Origin: Clostridia bacterium
GTDB lineage: Bacteria > Bacillota > Clostridia > Oscillospirales > CAG-272
Direction of reading: 5' to 3'
Assembly: GCA_017399305.1 (NCBI GenBank)
Contig: JAFQDK010000018.1
Location: 2,363 to 66,362, forward strand
DNA: 64,000 bases
In this document: positions 63,008-64,000 of the stretch, piece after piece
Numbering within the stretch: the stretch's first letter is position 1
How the letters are laid out: every line of letters begins with the position of its first letter
Notes under the pieces: model-generated
Seen by the model: only the letters and a program-made list of their open reading frames with translations
Database searches by the model: none
Told to the model about the DNA's origin: nothing
Position numbers and translations under genes: made by a program

Positions 63008-64000
63008 TTAGTTAGTATAGTTATCAAAATAGCCCTGTACAAGTACAATAGGTGTACCCTTGTCGCCCGAACCGCTGGTCAGGTCGCAAAGCGAACCGAT
63101 AAGGTCGGTGAGCTGACGTGGCGTTGTACCCTGTGATGCCATATTACCTACAAGACTACCCTCTTTTTCACGGATGCTCTTGGAAATTGCTTCTTTAAGA
63201 GCCTCTCCTGAAAGATCCTTGTAATCGTTATCTGCAAGGTACTTGAGCTTAAGCTCGTTGGGAGTACCTACAAGACCGTCTGTAAAAGCGGGAGAAACTA
63301 CGGGGTCTGCAAGCTCCCAGATCTTACCCTGGGGATCTTTGAAAGCACCGTCGCCGTAAACCATAACCTCAACATGCTTGCCTGTCGCCTTGAGTATGCG
63401 CTCCTGAATGTCAAGCACAAGGTTTTTACATTCTCTTGGAAAAAGCTTAACCTTATCCTCGGTTGCCTTGTTCGAGCCGAGAAGACCATACTTTTCGTTG
63501 CAACCGCTGCCGTTAACAGGCGCATCAAGAATTTCATCAAGGTTTAAAACCTTCTTTGCGCCGTTCTCCATAAGGATACGCTTGGTGCGAACTCTTGTAT
63601 GAATGGAGCAATTGATAACTGTATCTGTATATTCAAGAATAGCTTTGGGCTGATTTGCAAAGATAACCTCTACCTCTGCGCCGCATTCACGTACAAGGTC
63701 AGCATAATACTGAACATAGTCAACACCTGTGAACTCGTGCTTATTAACGCCGAACAGTTCGCGGTACTTTGCCTCAGTGAGAACATCGGAATAGGGGTTG
63801 ACGCCTGCTGCGTCAATCTTATCAAGGCTTACAAGCTCGTTACCTACTTCATCAGAAGGATATGCGAGCATAAGAACTACCTTTTTAACTCCCATTGCGA
63901 TACCACGCAGACAAATTGCAAAACGGTTACGCGAAAGGATAGGGAAAATAACACCAACTGTGCCGCCGCCAAGCTTAGCTTTTACATCTGCAGCAATATC
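63008..64000 (-). CDS. CofE-like (F420-0:gamma-glutamyl ligase family) protein, 5' end off window
   Basis: Frame stays open upstream of Met at 63895 to position 64000 (..AKLGGGTVGVIFPILSRNRFAICLRGIAMGVKK..); GLLGSNKA, VYGDGAFKDP, GSGDKGTPIVLVQG motifs. Confidence 0.5.
   Translation of the reverse strand, partial: DIAADVKAKLGGGTVGVIFPILSRNRFAICLRGIAMGVKKVVLMLAYPSDEVGNELVSLDKIDAAGVNPYSDVLTEAKYRELFGVNKHEFTGVDYVQYYADLVRECGAEVEVIFANQPKAILEYTDTVINCSIHTRVRTKRILMENGAKKVLNLDEILDAPVNGSGCNEKYGLLGSNKATEDKVKLFPRECKNLVLDIQERILKATGKHVEVMVYGDGAFKDPQGKIWELADPVVSPAFTDGLVGTPNELKLKYLADNDYKDLSGEALKEAISKSIREKEGSLVGNMASQGTTPRQLTDLIGSLCDLTSGSGDKGTPIVLVQGYFDNYTN

Noticed and set aside
61952-63136. 394-aa plus-strand ORF
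   Set aside because: It runs antisense to the well-supported guaA and CofE-like genes. Its composition is Cys/Leu/Asn-rich with no motifs, and it crosses the intergenic gap between two real genes. This is a shadow ORF.

Overview
The window looks like a Clostridia-type Firmicutes chromosome; that assignment is an inference from gene content such as hydEFG, CsoR/CopA and the SD-rich RBSs. Positions 1 to about 28681 are the right-hand part of an integrated temperate phage. All its late and early genes lie on the minus strand. In order these are a tail-side virion module (it runs off the left edge), capsid, scaffold, portal, terL/terS, one phage tRNA plus an odd tRNA-like element, an array of tiny genes, HNH, YopX, a frameshifted PAPS-reductase-like gene, a DUF4373 replication organiser, SSB, Erf and VRR-NUC. 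These are followed by a complete diversity-generating retroelement (DGR): two tandem target genes, Avd, a 64-nt template repeat and a reverse transcriptase. The prophage ends with a cro/cI-type switch, DUF3800, an ImmA protease, a tyrosine integrase and a tRNA 3' fragment (attR). The rest (28.7-64 kb) is ordinary host DNA:
- tRNA-Leu, a VanY-like peptidase, mnmA and a CDF transporter
- two paralogous lipoproteins with an ABC-2 exporter
- copA/csoR and tcdA
- the hydE/F/G maturase operon and an aminotransferase
- secreted BNR and beta-helix-like proteins with a MerR regulator
- a small Abi-alpha islet inserted at the 3' end of a GATase-less guaA

The most interesting system is the prophage DGR. 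Its adenine-specific signature is directly visible in the sequence. It is also atypical: the TR is very short, the three repeat copies have different lengths, there are non-adenine mismatches, and the targets are small, signal-peptide-less tandem paralogs that sit outside the tail module. All functional calls come from motif recognition by eye, with no database search, so family names are hypotheses.
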